From: Paraspadella gotoi
Lineage: Eukaryota > Animalia > Chaetognatha
Assembly (NCBI GenBank): GCA_051294375.1
Contig: CM119271.1
Span: 9,104,120 to 9,168,119, forward strand
Direction: 5' to 3'
DNA length: 64,000 nucleotides
Part shown: in pieces, positions 1 through 12,200 of the stretch
Numbering within the stretch: the first letter of the stretch is position 1
How the letters are laid out: each line of letters starts with the position of its first letter
The notes under the pieces: generated by a model
What the model was told of the DNA's origin: nothing
Databases searched by the model: none
What the model saw: the letters and a program-made list of their open reading frames with translations, nothing else
Made by a program: the position numbers and the translations under genes

Positions 1-419
1 AAATTCCTAAATTGAAATTTTTATGAAAATAACGCGAGTCATTTCCGGTCTGTGGCATTTTTCCGGTTTAAAGATACTGATACAATGCAAATACAAATCT
101 ATAAAGATTTTTTTATTGGAATAACCTAATAAATCATAACATATTATGAAAAATTATTTAAAATTAGCTATTATAACAAGAAAATAAAGAAAATTATCAA
201 AAATCGATAAATTTGACGCTCGTGGCACTTTGACGCCCCTGGGAGAGGCGAGAAGTATTTAAAAAATCTTTGAAAGGTTTTTTTCTTAAAGAATGTTTAA
301 ATACGAAAAGAATGACACATTTTGAAGACTCTATGACCATTTTCAGCGGAAAAAAATGTGTCTAAGCACGGTCCATTTGGGACACAGCCATCTCGTAAAA
401 AGATCAGCTTTTCCAAGAT

Positions 420-1500
420 AGATCACACAAGGAAGAATTAGAGGAGGGGGGAGATTTATATGGCCAGTTGAGGGGGCAAGGGCTTCCCTCTACCGCTAAA
501 ATAACGGAGGAGGCAAGGGTCTGAAAACGTAGACGTCACACCGAAATAAAATTAAAAGTTGGAATATCCACGAAAAAAGTTTTTGAAAGCAAATTTTGGA
601 GAAAAAGTTAAAGTTCTTCACAGTAGCACATCGTCGGGGTTTCAAAACAAAGGTCGACCAAACTCAATCCAGAATCCAAACGAAACGAGAGTAAAGGTTA
701 TCAATAGGCTAAGTTGATTACACGTCGAGCTAAGTCAGGGGGTCACGATCCGCCAGGAGTTGATCTAGCACTCTCCATCTACTTGTACCCACAAGAAGTA
801 AGAACAGCTCTGACGCAGAATAAAACGAAGACCGTTTGATTGAAAAAGGTAAGGGACTGCCTAGGACTTATTAGGGGGGATATTGGGGTGCGCCACAAAT
901 GCCGCAGAGGCGGACTTACGGCCATGTGACGAAGTCGTGCCACGTGAGGATAGCAAAGCACGTTTCTACCTCCGACTTCAAAAGACAGCAGATGATATGA
1001 GCCAACAGTAGAACTCAAGCTCTTTCGGTTGGTGCGATCAAGTGAGAACACGATAGCCAAGCGTCGCAGGTTACCCAGGCATAGGCATCAGCCGAAACGA
1101 GCTACCAAAGGTAATGACTGTTCGTGAATGGATCAACAGGGACCAGATGATCAAAGCGCTCAACTTTAAGAATCAGCTAAAAGCACTCCAGATTGTCGCT
1201 AGAGCATCTGCCGATGAAAAATGATGAAAAGAGCCGTTGTCTTCACAGACTGTTCAAAACCCTAAAGAGAATGGGCCGATTAAATTGAACAGAACTGCTG
1301 ATGGAATTTATGGTGGGTACCTCCTCGGAAGTGCCTCAGAATCACCTGACAGACTTAAGGGTGACGAAGCATCCGCACCAAACAAGGTGTGGACGAGGGG
1401 GGGGGATATTCCCGGGATTCTGACACAAAAAGTGAACTGGACGATGCACCAGTGATGAGCGGGGTTTTCCGTTGGTCGCTCACCCTTCTGAGAGTATCTA
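420..1500 (-). mobile_element. Possible heavily decayed tyrosine-recombinase retroelement (DIRS/Ngaro-like) remnant
   Basis: The minus-strand ORF 779-1060 (…VLCYPHVARLRH…TPISPLISPRQSLTF…RAVLTSCGY) loosely follows the LCPV..L.....P.F....PLT......L...G.D segment of Ngaro/DIRS recombinases. No intact catalytic motif was seen. Confidence 0.3.
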
Positions 1501-1879
1501 TATCGTAGGATTTAATGAGTCGTTAGAAATCAAGAACTGGGGGTAAGCAAAAGGTAAGCATCGGTTAACGATAGAAACAGCAATGATATCTCAGGTAAGC
1601 TCGGCCTAGCCACTATTCAAATAACATGAAACGCATAAACCAATAACTATATATATAAAAACCCCGACGATGGCCAACTAACGTTAATGCGATCTGTATT
1701 AAATAGAATCATGATTAATCAAAGCATTGAAATAACAATGAACTGTATTGTTTATAAATAAATATCGATTGTTTATATTTTTAAAGACTTTTACAAAAGG
1801 TAAATAAGGTCGACGGACCACGACGAGAGTTTATGTCCAACACATATATGATCACAATTTTCTCTCGATCGAAACGCAG

Positions 1880-3644
1880 GCTGCTGCCCGCCAACACCAT
1901 ATTGATGATTCTCCGGCCGTCAGAGAAGTGGCTTCCGTCGCGACCTGAGGACGGACCAAATAACAGGTTTCGGAAAAAAAAATGTCAGACTGAATATGAT
2001 AATTTGAGAAAATTAAATGTCGAGGTGGTATTATTGTTATTATTATTATTGTTTTGAGACGATTTTCCTCGTTATTGTATCGTTAAAATTATTTTGTTGG
2101 GACGATTATCCCTAATGTACCGCGAGCCCTCGCTTTCAGGTGTTTCGATGTGTCGAAGCCCCGCTCCTCCGTAACGATGCCGGCGATGAATCATCTCAAC
2201 GTCTTCGCGGCGAAAAACGAAAAGACCGCCACGTCAGCGTCGTCTCCGAAACTCACCGGGGTTTCCCCTCGCGTCAATTGGTCCCGAGACTCGACGTCCG
2301 GCGTCGCGACGACGCTGGCACCACCGGCACTACCTTCATTCAACGCCGTCGACGTCAGCGCCGGATGCGGTCCCGTCCTCTTCGAAGCGGGTCACGATTC
2401 CGAAACTCTTTACGCTTTGGGTCCCATCGTCGTCGCCGCCGCCCCATCGTGCCAGACCGGCGCCGTTTTGAACGGAGTCGATGGCCGAGGCGGCGTCGTG
2501 GGCGTTGAGATGGAATTGGGGAATCTCGGCGTGAGCGGCGTCTCAGGCTGCGCGACGACACCAGCGACGCCGCGCCGTTTAGTAACGCCGCCGAAAATGG
2601 TCGACGGCGCGGAAAATCTCGAGGCGGCGACGCAAAGACGATTCAAGAGGAAGTTCAAGGATTTGGCCTGCGCTCACGAGGGTGAGTGAAGAACGGGCGA
2701 GAACGGGTGAAAACGAGTGAGAGCGGCTCTTGTGTAGATAGATAAATATATATTTTTTTTTTCATTTACTATTTGTTTTTAAATGGAAAATGAATTCCGA
2801 AAAAAAAAGGGTTTTTATTTAGATGACGAAATTATTAAATGAAAAATCAAGGTTTTCCGCTAAAAGCGGAGACCCGCAGAATTCCAATGAATTTATTTTT
2901 CGTTTAGAGCTCGAAGTCGAAAAGCGTTGGGTGGAATGAATCATTGATACTGTTTTCTTCTCGCTTTTTTTTTTATCCCGAGTCGAGGAAGAAGACGAAG
3001 AAGAAGCGCGAAGGAAAGTGTTAGAAATGAGCGAGACGGACAAGTCTGAGCCTGTTTCTTGCATGACGCAATAATAACTCCTATTGAGGACTAGTACAAT
3101 TAAACAAAAGGCTGTCGCCGAAACGAGACAAAAACAAAAGACTTTTCCCCATTCTATAATATATATATATGGACTTATAGTATGTGATTTTTTATTTCTT
3201 TTTTGAAGGCTGCGCAAAAAGATTCAGAGATGAATACGATCGAAGAACGCACATGAGATCTCACACTGGGGAAAGACCTTTCAAGGTTGGTCGATGTAAA
3301 AAAAGATATTATCCCCCACCCATTCAGTCCACTTAACTCCCCTCCTCTTAAATCCACTCAGTGTCATTCGTGCGATAAACGCTTCGCTCACTTATCATCA
3401 AGAATCCATCATAACAAAACCGTTCACATGAGACAACGTGAATTCGTGTGCAGGTTTTAGGAGTCTTTGGTTTGTTTTTTTTTTTTTTTTTTGCCCCGGA
3501 AATTTTTATATTCCCCCCCACAAATCTTCCTCAGCGTCTGCGGCATGACTTTCGTCAAAAGGGCCGAGGCTCAACGACATCAATGGATCGCGCACAATAT
3601 TCCATCCGTGCCGCCGCGAAGATGTCAGAGAAGCGACGGAGAGG
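1880..3644 (+). CDS. C2H2 zinc-finger protein (3 fingers) with an N-terminal CIDE-N-like segment; 5' end probably outside the window
   Basis: Phase-compatible GT-AG exons 1880-1966, 2140-2681, 3209-3285, 3362-3453 and 3535-3644 read …LACAHEGCAKRFRDEYDRRTHMRSHTGERPFKCHSCDKRFAHLSSRIHHNKTVHMRQREFVCSVCGMTFVKRAEAQRHQWIAH, with a canonical HTGERPF linker. A possible last exon is 5552-5571. Confidence 0.85.
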
Positions 3645-4115
3645 GTGAGCTTGGAGAGGCGTTTGTGGTGATTGAGGTGATTGTGGGCGTTGTTGCTGGG
3701 GAAAGGACATGGGCCGTAAAGAATTATTGTAGACTCCGACGATCTCTCTCTCTCTCTCGATCTGCCTCTCTTTTCCTCGTGATCGCCGGTTACCGCAACG
3801 TCATTACGTTTAAGTCTATGAATTTAGGCATTCATCATGAAATTTTTTCAATTTGCAATTTAGATGGAGAAAGGGAGAGAGGGGCATACAAAAGCATATC
3901 GATTTCGAAAGAGGAAAAGAGAGAGAATGAAGAAAAATAATCAACGCAGGAAATGGATTGATCAAGTGGGGTTGGCTCGCTTATGTTTTTTAAGAAAATA
4001 CCAAGTAAGTGGTAAGGATCTGATTTATTCAGACTGGTATTCTTGATCCGGTCTTTCCGAACTTGCAAAAGAGGAAAAAAAAAGAGAGAAAAAATCGGCT
4101 CAATTAGAGAGAGAG

Positions 4116-4842
4116 AAAACAAGTTTGAGCAAACAATGTCGGATCTGCCCACAATCATTATCGGTAATTAAATAATTAATAATTAATTAATTCAAGTTAA
4201 TTATTTAATTAGTCAATTAATTAACTTGTTCCAAAATGTTTGTTTTGATTGATTAATTAATTGACTAATTGATTAATTAAATGATTAATTATTTGATTAA
4301 TTTATACAATATGCATCTTTCATTTACATTTAATATAAAAAGAAAAAGACGCATAATCAATTAGTGAAACAGGTTTTTTGTTTTTTTCCATTTAAACTCA
4401 TTTCCATTTAAACTATTCCATCGAAACTTGATTTCCAGCTTAATCACACATTTTCCTACCCACATACAAAATTTCATTTCAATTGCCTCATCCACTCATC
4501 AGTAATTGGTGTTCAAATAATGAAATATTTTTTTGGTTTTTTTCATTTAAACTCATTTCCACTCGGACGATTCCATCGAAACTTCATATCAAGCTCAATC
4601 ATTTACTTCCCTAACCACATACAAAATTTCATTGCAATCCATCCATCCAATCACGAGTAATTGGTATTTTTTGTTAAGGTGGGACGGACAGACAGACGGA
4701 CGCACATAGTTTTTTTTGCATAATTTATCATAATTCAAGGTTCGGACATGAAATAAGTTAATGCCCGACAAGGTTGAGGGGATGGACCGACAAAGTGAAT
4801 TATAGAGTCGGGATCGCTTATAAGCAGATCCGACTAAAAATT
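4116..4842 (+). mobile_element. Non-autonomous Helentron (HINE/DINE-1-like) element
   Basis: Starts AAAACAAGT. Subterminal inverted repeat GTCGGATCTGC (4138-4148) / GCAGATCCGAC (4824-4834), GACGGACAGACAGACGGA microsatellite, internal ~170-bp duplication, and a terminal hairpin before an A-run. Confidence 0.6.
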
Positions 4843-6239
4843 ACTACTTACGCTCACTAGTTGATTGATTAGATTTACGATGCTAATAAGATACGCGAGA
4901 GGATTTATTTAATTTTAAATTTATTTAAGGGGACCCAGTGATAAAAATGATATCATAAGCTTAAGGGTTTATCATTAAAGGAATTCGAATGGTGATAGTC
5001 ATTAATTTTTCTTCGCGCGGGAAAGTGGAGAAAAAATTCCCATCTCCTTGTTGCAATGCGAACAAGGACGAGATAATTATTGAGAAAATTTCTCATGGAT
5101 CTCCTCTACATAGTGATACCCTCCATTCTCTTACTTTCATTTGGGAAGTCACATTTTCACAAATTTAAAAATTTTATTTGTTGATATACAAAGCTGAAAT
5201 CTTGCGTGTCTGGGCCTCCTCTGATAAAGGAATTTTAATAGTGATATCATCTTCTCCATGCACGCACAGGACAGGACAGAAAAAAAGGTCAAATACCTCT
5301 TAAAATTCGAACAAGGATGTCATTTCATTTGGTAAACATTTATCATGACCTCGGTGATATCTTTCCGGTTTCCGTTGACTGTTGTTTGCAACAGATTTGA
5401 TTTTAGGAGAGATAAAGAGCGTTTCCTTTCTTCTCATACTTGGCTAATTGTTCAATGTGGTTGGCTACATTTATTTATATAGGCAGAGAGAGAGAGAAAA
5501 AAATTTGCTTTACATTTGTATTGAAATAAAACCGATGATTTTTTTTTTCAGCCGGTCTTGGGACGACATAAAGCAAAAGAAAAAAGATGATTCAGTCTTT
5601 CAGCCGCAAAGAATTTCCTAAGGTGTGTTAAAGTGCAGTTTTTGAGAGAAGTTGTGAATTTTTTTTTTGATAACATTTATAATTTTTAAAATTCGCTCAA
5701 ATTTTTAGAATCAACCATCAACGCGCCATATCGCCGCTAAGCGTTTATCGTAAATTATGTGATGGATGATCAACAGTGTCGTTTGATGATTGATGTTAAT
5801 CACTATAAAAAGAGCACACGCATACAAAAAAAAAGCTCGAACTTTTTAAAAGCTATGATTGAAAATCTAATGATTACATCAACAGATAGCAATATGGAAT
5901 TTCATCAATCAACGAAATTATTACTTTTTACTTCCTAAAGTCAATTGACCGTTACATTTTTTTCGTGCATATATTTTTCACTATTTGTAACTTTTTTTAC
6001 AGTTTTCTTAGTCATGTCAACTATACAATTACAATAGTTAAGTATATTGCGTACTTAACTATTGTAATTGTATAAAACAGGGTCGGTTGGTCGTGCGAAC
6101 GAAGCATATCGACTGTACCCCGCGAAGTCTTCAAGGTTGGTTTGTGAAGCTTGGTATCTTCGCCGTCACTAAGAGTGTAAAACTGTTGAACCCACTTTGA
6201 CTTCAGAATACAAAGCTCGTGACGTCGCCTCGTCCCTTG

Positions 6240-9200
6240 ATGCATTTTGTGGTCATCTTCCTGACCCTGTTCGTCCCACATTTTTTGATGGCCATCGGGA
6301 CTTCTTCCCTTTCGGCCTCGTCGTCCCCTTCATCCTCCCTGAATTCTTTCAACTCTCATCGTCACGACGCCGGGTTTCCCCGTGGGATCTTGGGCGGCTC
6401 ATCGTCCGAGATAGACTCTAATTTCATATGTGGACGCTGCCAACTCATTCTGAGGTCTCCCGTCCAGGCCAACTGCGGACATCGCTTCTGTCAAGTCTGT
6501 TTGTCGATACTGGTGGAAGGTGAGTTGATTATTTTGAAACTGACTTGGTTTGATTTACATAGAAATAAATACCATGTCAAAAATGGATCCGAAGGTGTCT
6601 TGACAATTCGTGTTAAAAAATATTTTTTTGCCCGCCTATGTCAAGATGAGGATATTGGGATTAAAGGGTCGAAATCCGTTGACATAGGTTTCCTTTTTTT
6701 AATATTACTTTTTGGGGGGTAAATCGTAATTTTTTTAGCTTTATTATATAAATGGTTATTAATTTATCATTCTCATGTTTTTTAAGCCAAGCTCTCTCTG
6801 TCTTTACTTTTTATAGCCAAAAACTTTTTTTAGTGTTTAATCATTCCCGGATCTTAAATATGAAACAAATTAAAAAAGTTTTTTACAAATTAAAATGCTA
6901 TAACTTATTGCGTTCTCCTAAGAGTCCCATTAGTTTCTATAGGTTTTTTGTCTGCACTCATCAATTTTCACTGGCTTTGCTCTCTAAAGAATAGTAATTT
7001 TTTACGTGTTTATTTTTATTTAAAAGGGGAATATTTTCTTTTTTGTTTTAAACTTCACTTTTAACCATTACAAGCGATTTACAACACATTTTTGAGAATC
7101 ACCTCAGGTGATGACCCGCCTAAGCCTGGATCGGAATTAAAGGGCAAGAATAAAATCCATTAAAAGGCTTAGGTTTCCAACTGATGATCTCATTTTTAGC
7201 GATCAGAGGAATCATTTAGCATCCGAGAACATCAGATTTATGCTGCACAGTTCTTGGCTAGGTGCAATGCTTTTAGCATTGATAAATAAAAAAAATATAA
7301 AAAAATAGTAAGATAAAAAAACTTTAGGTACAAGACGTTTAAAAGCAAAACAGCTTCGACGTAATTGCGTAAGATCTAGGTATTATTTTTTATCTCTTCG
7401 CATTCATGAACATTTATTACAATAAAAGCATAAACGTAGCTGCTATAAATACTTATAATATCAAGGAAAAAAGTATATCACATAATTGTAAAAAACTTTC
7501 TTTATTAAATAAAATATAAATAAAACATTTTTAATATTTGGTATGTCCTCCTTCGGCATAAACTATTGCTTATATTCGTTTTGCATGTTTTTGCACAGCC
7601 AATTAAGGTATAATGCTAAAATGTTTTTCCTCCCTTAAAGCAATTCTTTTCAGACCCGATATTGATATTGCGTTTTTTTTTTCGTTTTTTTTTTGAAAGT
7701 TATAATAGTACATTTTTTTAACCAAAAAGAGGTATAATGCTTTTAGCATTGCTAAATAAAAAGAATATAAAAAAAAGTAAAATAAAAAAATAGCAATATT
7801 TTTTTGCCTGTAACTTCTAAACGATTTGACCTAAAAAAAATGGAAAGAAGCTATTGAAAGGAAATTTCATTTAGATTTGGAAAAATTAAATTTTGTAAAT
7901 CAAATAAGTTTTAGAGTAAATAACCTCTACTAAAAATGTAATATACTTTTTTCCTAGATGGTATTAGTTGTATATAATACTTGATAACTAGAAATAGGAA
8001 AAAAAAACAACTTAATATTCATCTGCCATTCTACAAATTAAGCAGACTGATTTGAGAACTAGAACTGATGATTCAATGTTAAGAGTTGGTTAAGAGGTTT
8101 TATTTTTAAAGTGATTAGAATAAAAAAATGGATTATCATTATTATTATTATTATTATTATGTTTTGTGGATCAGACTGGGGACATCACAAGCATTTATAA
8201 AATAGCATATCATAATTATGTTATGGCGACAAAAAATGAACCAAGGAAAGTGTAACGTAATAATGATTTATAGGCAATTCGATCATTTAAAAAAATAACA
8301 AAGAATAAAACAATCTTTTCATAATAATGAACCGAAAATTAACATATAAAAATAAAGCATAAGTTGGTGCATCATGAGAATCAAATAAAAATTACGCCCT
8401 AAATATGATATCAAGAATTTTCTGAAGGGACGACATAGCATCCGTCTCAAATGTGGGCTGGGCGACATAGCCTCGGATGCCAAAAAAAAACCTCTCATAT
8501 TTTTTTCAATTGGTCAAAAAGTTAATATTGCAGCTCTAATCCAGCTGATCTGAGATAAGTCTTGTCGTGATGAAGAACAATACCCCCGGGGAAACTACAA
8601 GTGGAATCAAGAAGAGACGACGCGGCACATCTCCAAAAGGGTTAAAGATTTTTGTTACTGCAACTTTGCGGATTTTTGGCCTTCAAGCTCAGACATTAAT
8701 CTGCTCGAATATTCTGCATGTGGCTTGCTGAAGGGGGCAACCAACAACACCTTCTGCAGCAATAACGACGATCCCAAACAAGCCATCTCCAAGTAATGGG
8801 ACAATCTATCCCACGACTTTATCTGGTGCAGTTGTGCAGCATTCCAACGCCGTATTAAGACAGTGATTCGATGTGAAGGCGGTCAAATGTAATAAAATTT
8901 GAGTATGAGGCATTAACTTGATCGTGTTGATAAAAGATACTTAAATGTTTTGGCCTTAAAGCACATCCCTGATTCCATAACATTGCTTTTTTGGCAAGGT
9001 ATTATGTCAGACTAAAATCCACCAACCGTTCATCAGCGGCCATTGGTGCAGGAGTCAAGTCATTCGCCTTATATTGAACGGTTATATCACTAACTCATAA
9101 CAATATTTCGGTCTCTTCATTGGTGTGCCCGACTTCCAAACACAACAGCAACAACAACACTTTCTAGCGACATGCCTCAGCTTGGCGACGCACTTTCCGC

Positions 9201-12200
9201 CAACAACACATCATCTAGCGACCGACTTCTCCCAGGGGGTGGGGGGGATGTATGGTGGACTAAAATCCACCAAAAGTTCATTCGCCTCCAAACCCAAAGG
9301 TCCGAGGTTCTAACTTGCCTCGCAGTTAAGAGGGACAAGGCGCTTAACCCTTCTGATCCGAAGCTCAGGGAATGCTTATATAATATATATTGAACGGTTC
9401 TATACATTATATACTGTGAGTTATCATTTGTTAGTTGTTTTGAATGGATAAATGTTATACGTATTTATGTTGCTGTGAGGTAATTTCTGCTAATATTTTT
9501 GTTCTTAAATATTCATAACAGGGTATAAAATTGATTAGAAATTAAGAGTTAGTTCATTGAGAAGATAACTCGGATCAAGAGCTAATATATTCAAATGGAA
9601 GTTCAATATTGTTTATATGATATTTAGATAATATAAATAACATCAGAAGGGCTGTAGAATTAAATCGTTTAAAATTCATCAAACGGTAAAATATTATCTT
9701 TAAATATGTGGAGCTCTCTCTACTTTTTTCTTTTCAAATAATAGCTTCATTGTTTTTTCTCTTAAGTAATATTTGAAAAAATGTAATCATGTTGCTCCTC
9801 TCCACCACGCAAATGCTCTTTTGTTCCAGATGTCGTGTGTCCACAAGAAAGACAAAAGAGAAAAGCAGAAGGAGCAGACTCTTGCTCCTCTCCTTCTCTT
9901 CCTCCTCTCAGCTCCACCTCTTGGGGTGCATCGGAAAGGAAAATCACTTTGTTTCACGACCACGTGTTCACAAGTTTTGTAATATTTTTGAATATTTTTT
10001 GTAATATTTTTTGGATTTTTCTTTTGAAATCTTTGTGTGGATATTTCCTATTTGTTTCCAAAATTTCTGACAATTTTGAAGTCGGTTTTGACTCACTATT
10101 ATGTCCGAGTCTCGCGAGTCAAATTCGAGCCCACGCTTAAGCGGTCATAAGCAAGCGGGCCTCTCCAGCTCAGGAGCCGCCTGTGGACATGGTCTGTCTC
10201 CTGCCTTCGGGCGTACATTACTTTAAATTTTCGAATTTTTGTTTCGCTCCACCAACTCGACTTTGTTTGTATTATTTATTCTTCTTGCCGCTCTTGTTAC
10301 TGATCATCTGCGTGGTGGAGAGGAGCAACATGATAGGATTTATGGTTTCTAGTCATGCCCCTGCTTCTGGGTTCGACCTTGCTACCCCGGCTTTCCCCAA
10401 GTTGGCGTCGATTTTGCATTGACCAAATGCTTCCGTATATGATGCACCAGACTTGGACATTTCTGGTTCGGAAGATGAGCTCTCATCCGTATCTGATGTT
10501 GTTTCTGGGTTTGACTCCTTTGCCTCAACGCAGGGCTGCTGCGTTCCCGTCAGATTGGATTTGTCATCAATGGAAGGACTTTCGACAGATTGGTGAAGCT
10601 GGAGAGCTAAAACGGAGATGGGACTCCAGCCATGGCCGTTCAGTTTTTGCTAGATGATTGGATGGATCCACGCCTTTGGATTTCGGACCTCCGCAAAAGG
10701 ACAGCTGTCTTTAAGCACAGTTTGACGCCACCGCAAAGGACCGCAAATGGGCCCCTATTTTCAAGCAGTCGGTGAAGGTGATGAAAGATTTAGGTGCGGT
10801 AGCGAACTCTGTTGCACACCGCGGATAATCTGCGGTCTATCGTCGACTCTCTAAAGAGTTCTGATGTAGATCCTGAACTCGTGGCGGATTTGGAGGCATT
10901 GGCGGCCCCTCTCAAAGATGTTGGCATCCTCTGCTTTAGCTGATGCTCGTCATTCTGTGGCCCAGACGGCGCCCAAGGAGCTCAAGCCTACTCTTTCTGA
11001 AGCAGGCCCTTCTGTGGATTTCTTTTTTGGAAATTGGGCGACTGATGTCACTGCTGCAATCCATTCATTGCTTTTTAAAGACCAGGCTTCCAAGGCTAAA
11101 CCATTTCAGGACCCTCACAAGCGCTTCTATGGGAAGTCCAGAGGGACCTTTAGGAATTACCGCAAGTCCTCTTAAAAGCGTTCAGGAAAGGGGGACTCGG
11201 GGGTGTCAAAGGACGCCAAGTTACTTCCAGGATCTCCTTTGCGGCTGTCTCCTCGTCCGGCCCCTCAGGATCATCAGGCCTCGGATTTGTCCCAGGACAC
11301 AATTCTCGGTTCTCTGACCCTTCTCCCCTCTGTTCCAGTGGGGGGCAGATTACGTTTTTTCCTCCTTTTCAGAGAGAAGTTGGTGGAGGAAGATTCTCCA
11401 GTTCTTCAGAACGTTCAGGGTTTTCGCATTTCAGGTGCGGAGAGGATCCTGATCAGGATGCTGGTCCCTTCAGACGAGACTCCTTCTTTTGGAGAGACTC
11501 TCGAGTTGACGCGGATGTTTCTGCCTTGGAGAAAGGGGCAATAGAGGAGGTTCCTTTTTCTCCGGGCTTCTTTTCGAAGATATTTCTGTCACGAAGGATG
11601 GAGGTTGGAGGCCTATTCTGAACCTCAAGAGGCTCAAGGCTTTCATCTCGCCCCCTTATTTTTGTATGGAAGGGGCTTGAGATGTCAGGAGGATGTTGCG
11701 CCCAGGGGACTGGGCAGCCTCCATCTCTGAGTTGCTTATCTCCACTTGCCTCTGCACAAGGATCATCGCAAGTTTTGCCATTTTAATTTGGAGAGGCAAG
11801 ATTTACCAATATAAGGTCCTACCTTTCGGCCTTGCAACAGGCCCTTGGTTATTCAAGATGACTCGCCCTCTGGTGGCTTGGCTTCGGGTGAGGGGCATTC
11901 GGTGTCTCTTTTACATCGACGATATTCTCATTCTGGGCACGTCCATGGAGGTGTCTTTCCAATACTCGAGTGGCTCTTCGACTTCTCAAGGATGCGGGGT
12001 TCATTATTCACCCCAAAAAGTAGTTTAGTCCCTTTTCAGAACTTTGTTTCTGGGTCTCCAGTGGGACGGGGCGCTTCAACAAGTTGCGCTTCCCCAGCGG
12101 AAGATTTCTGTTCTCAGAGTTCTGGCTTCATCCCTCTTAGAAGGGATGACTCCATCAGCCCGTCAGGTTCTTCAGCTCATAGGTCATGTGGCTGCAGCCA

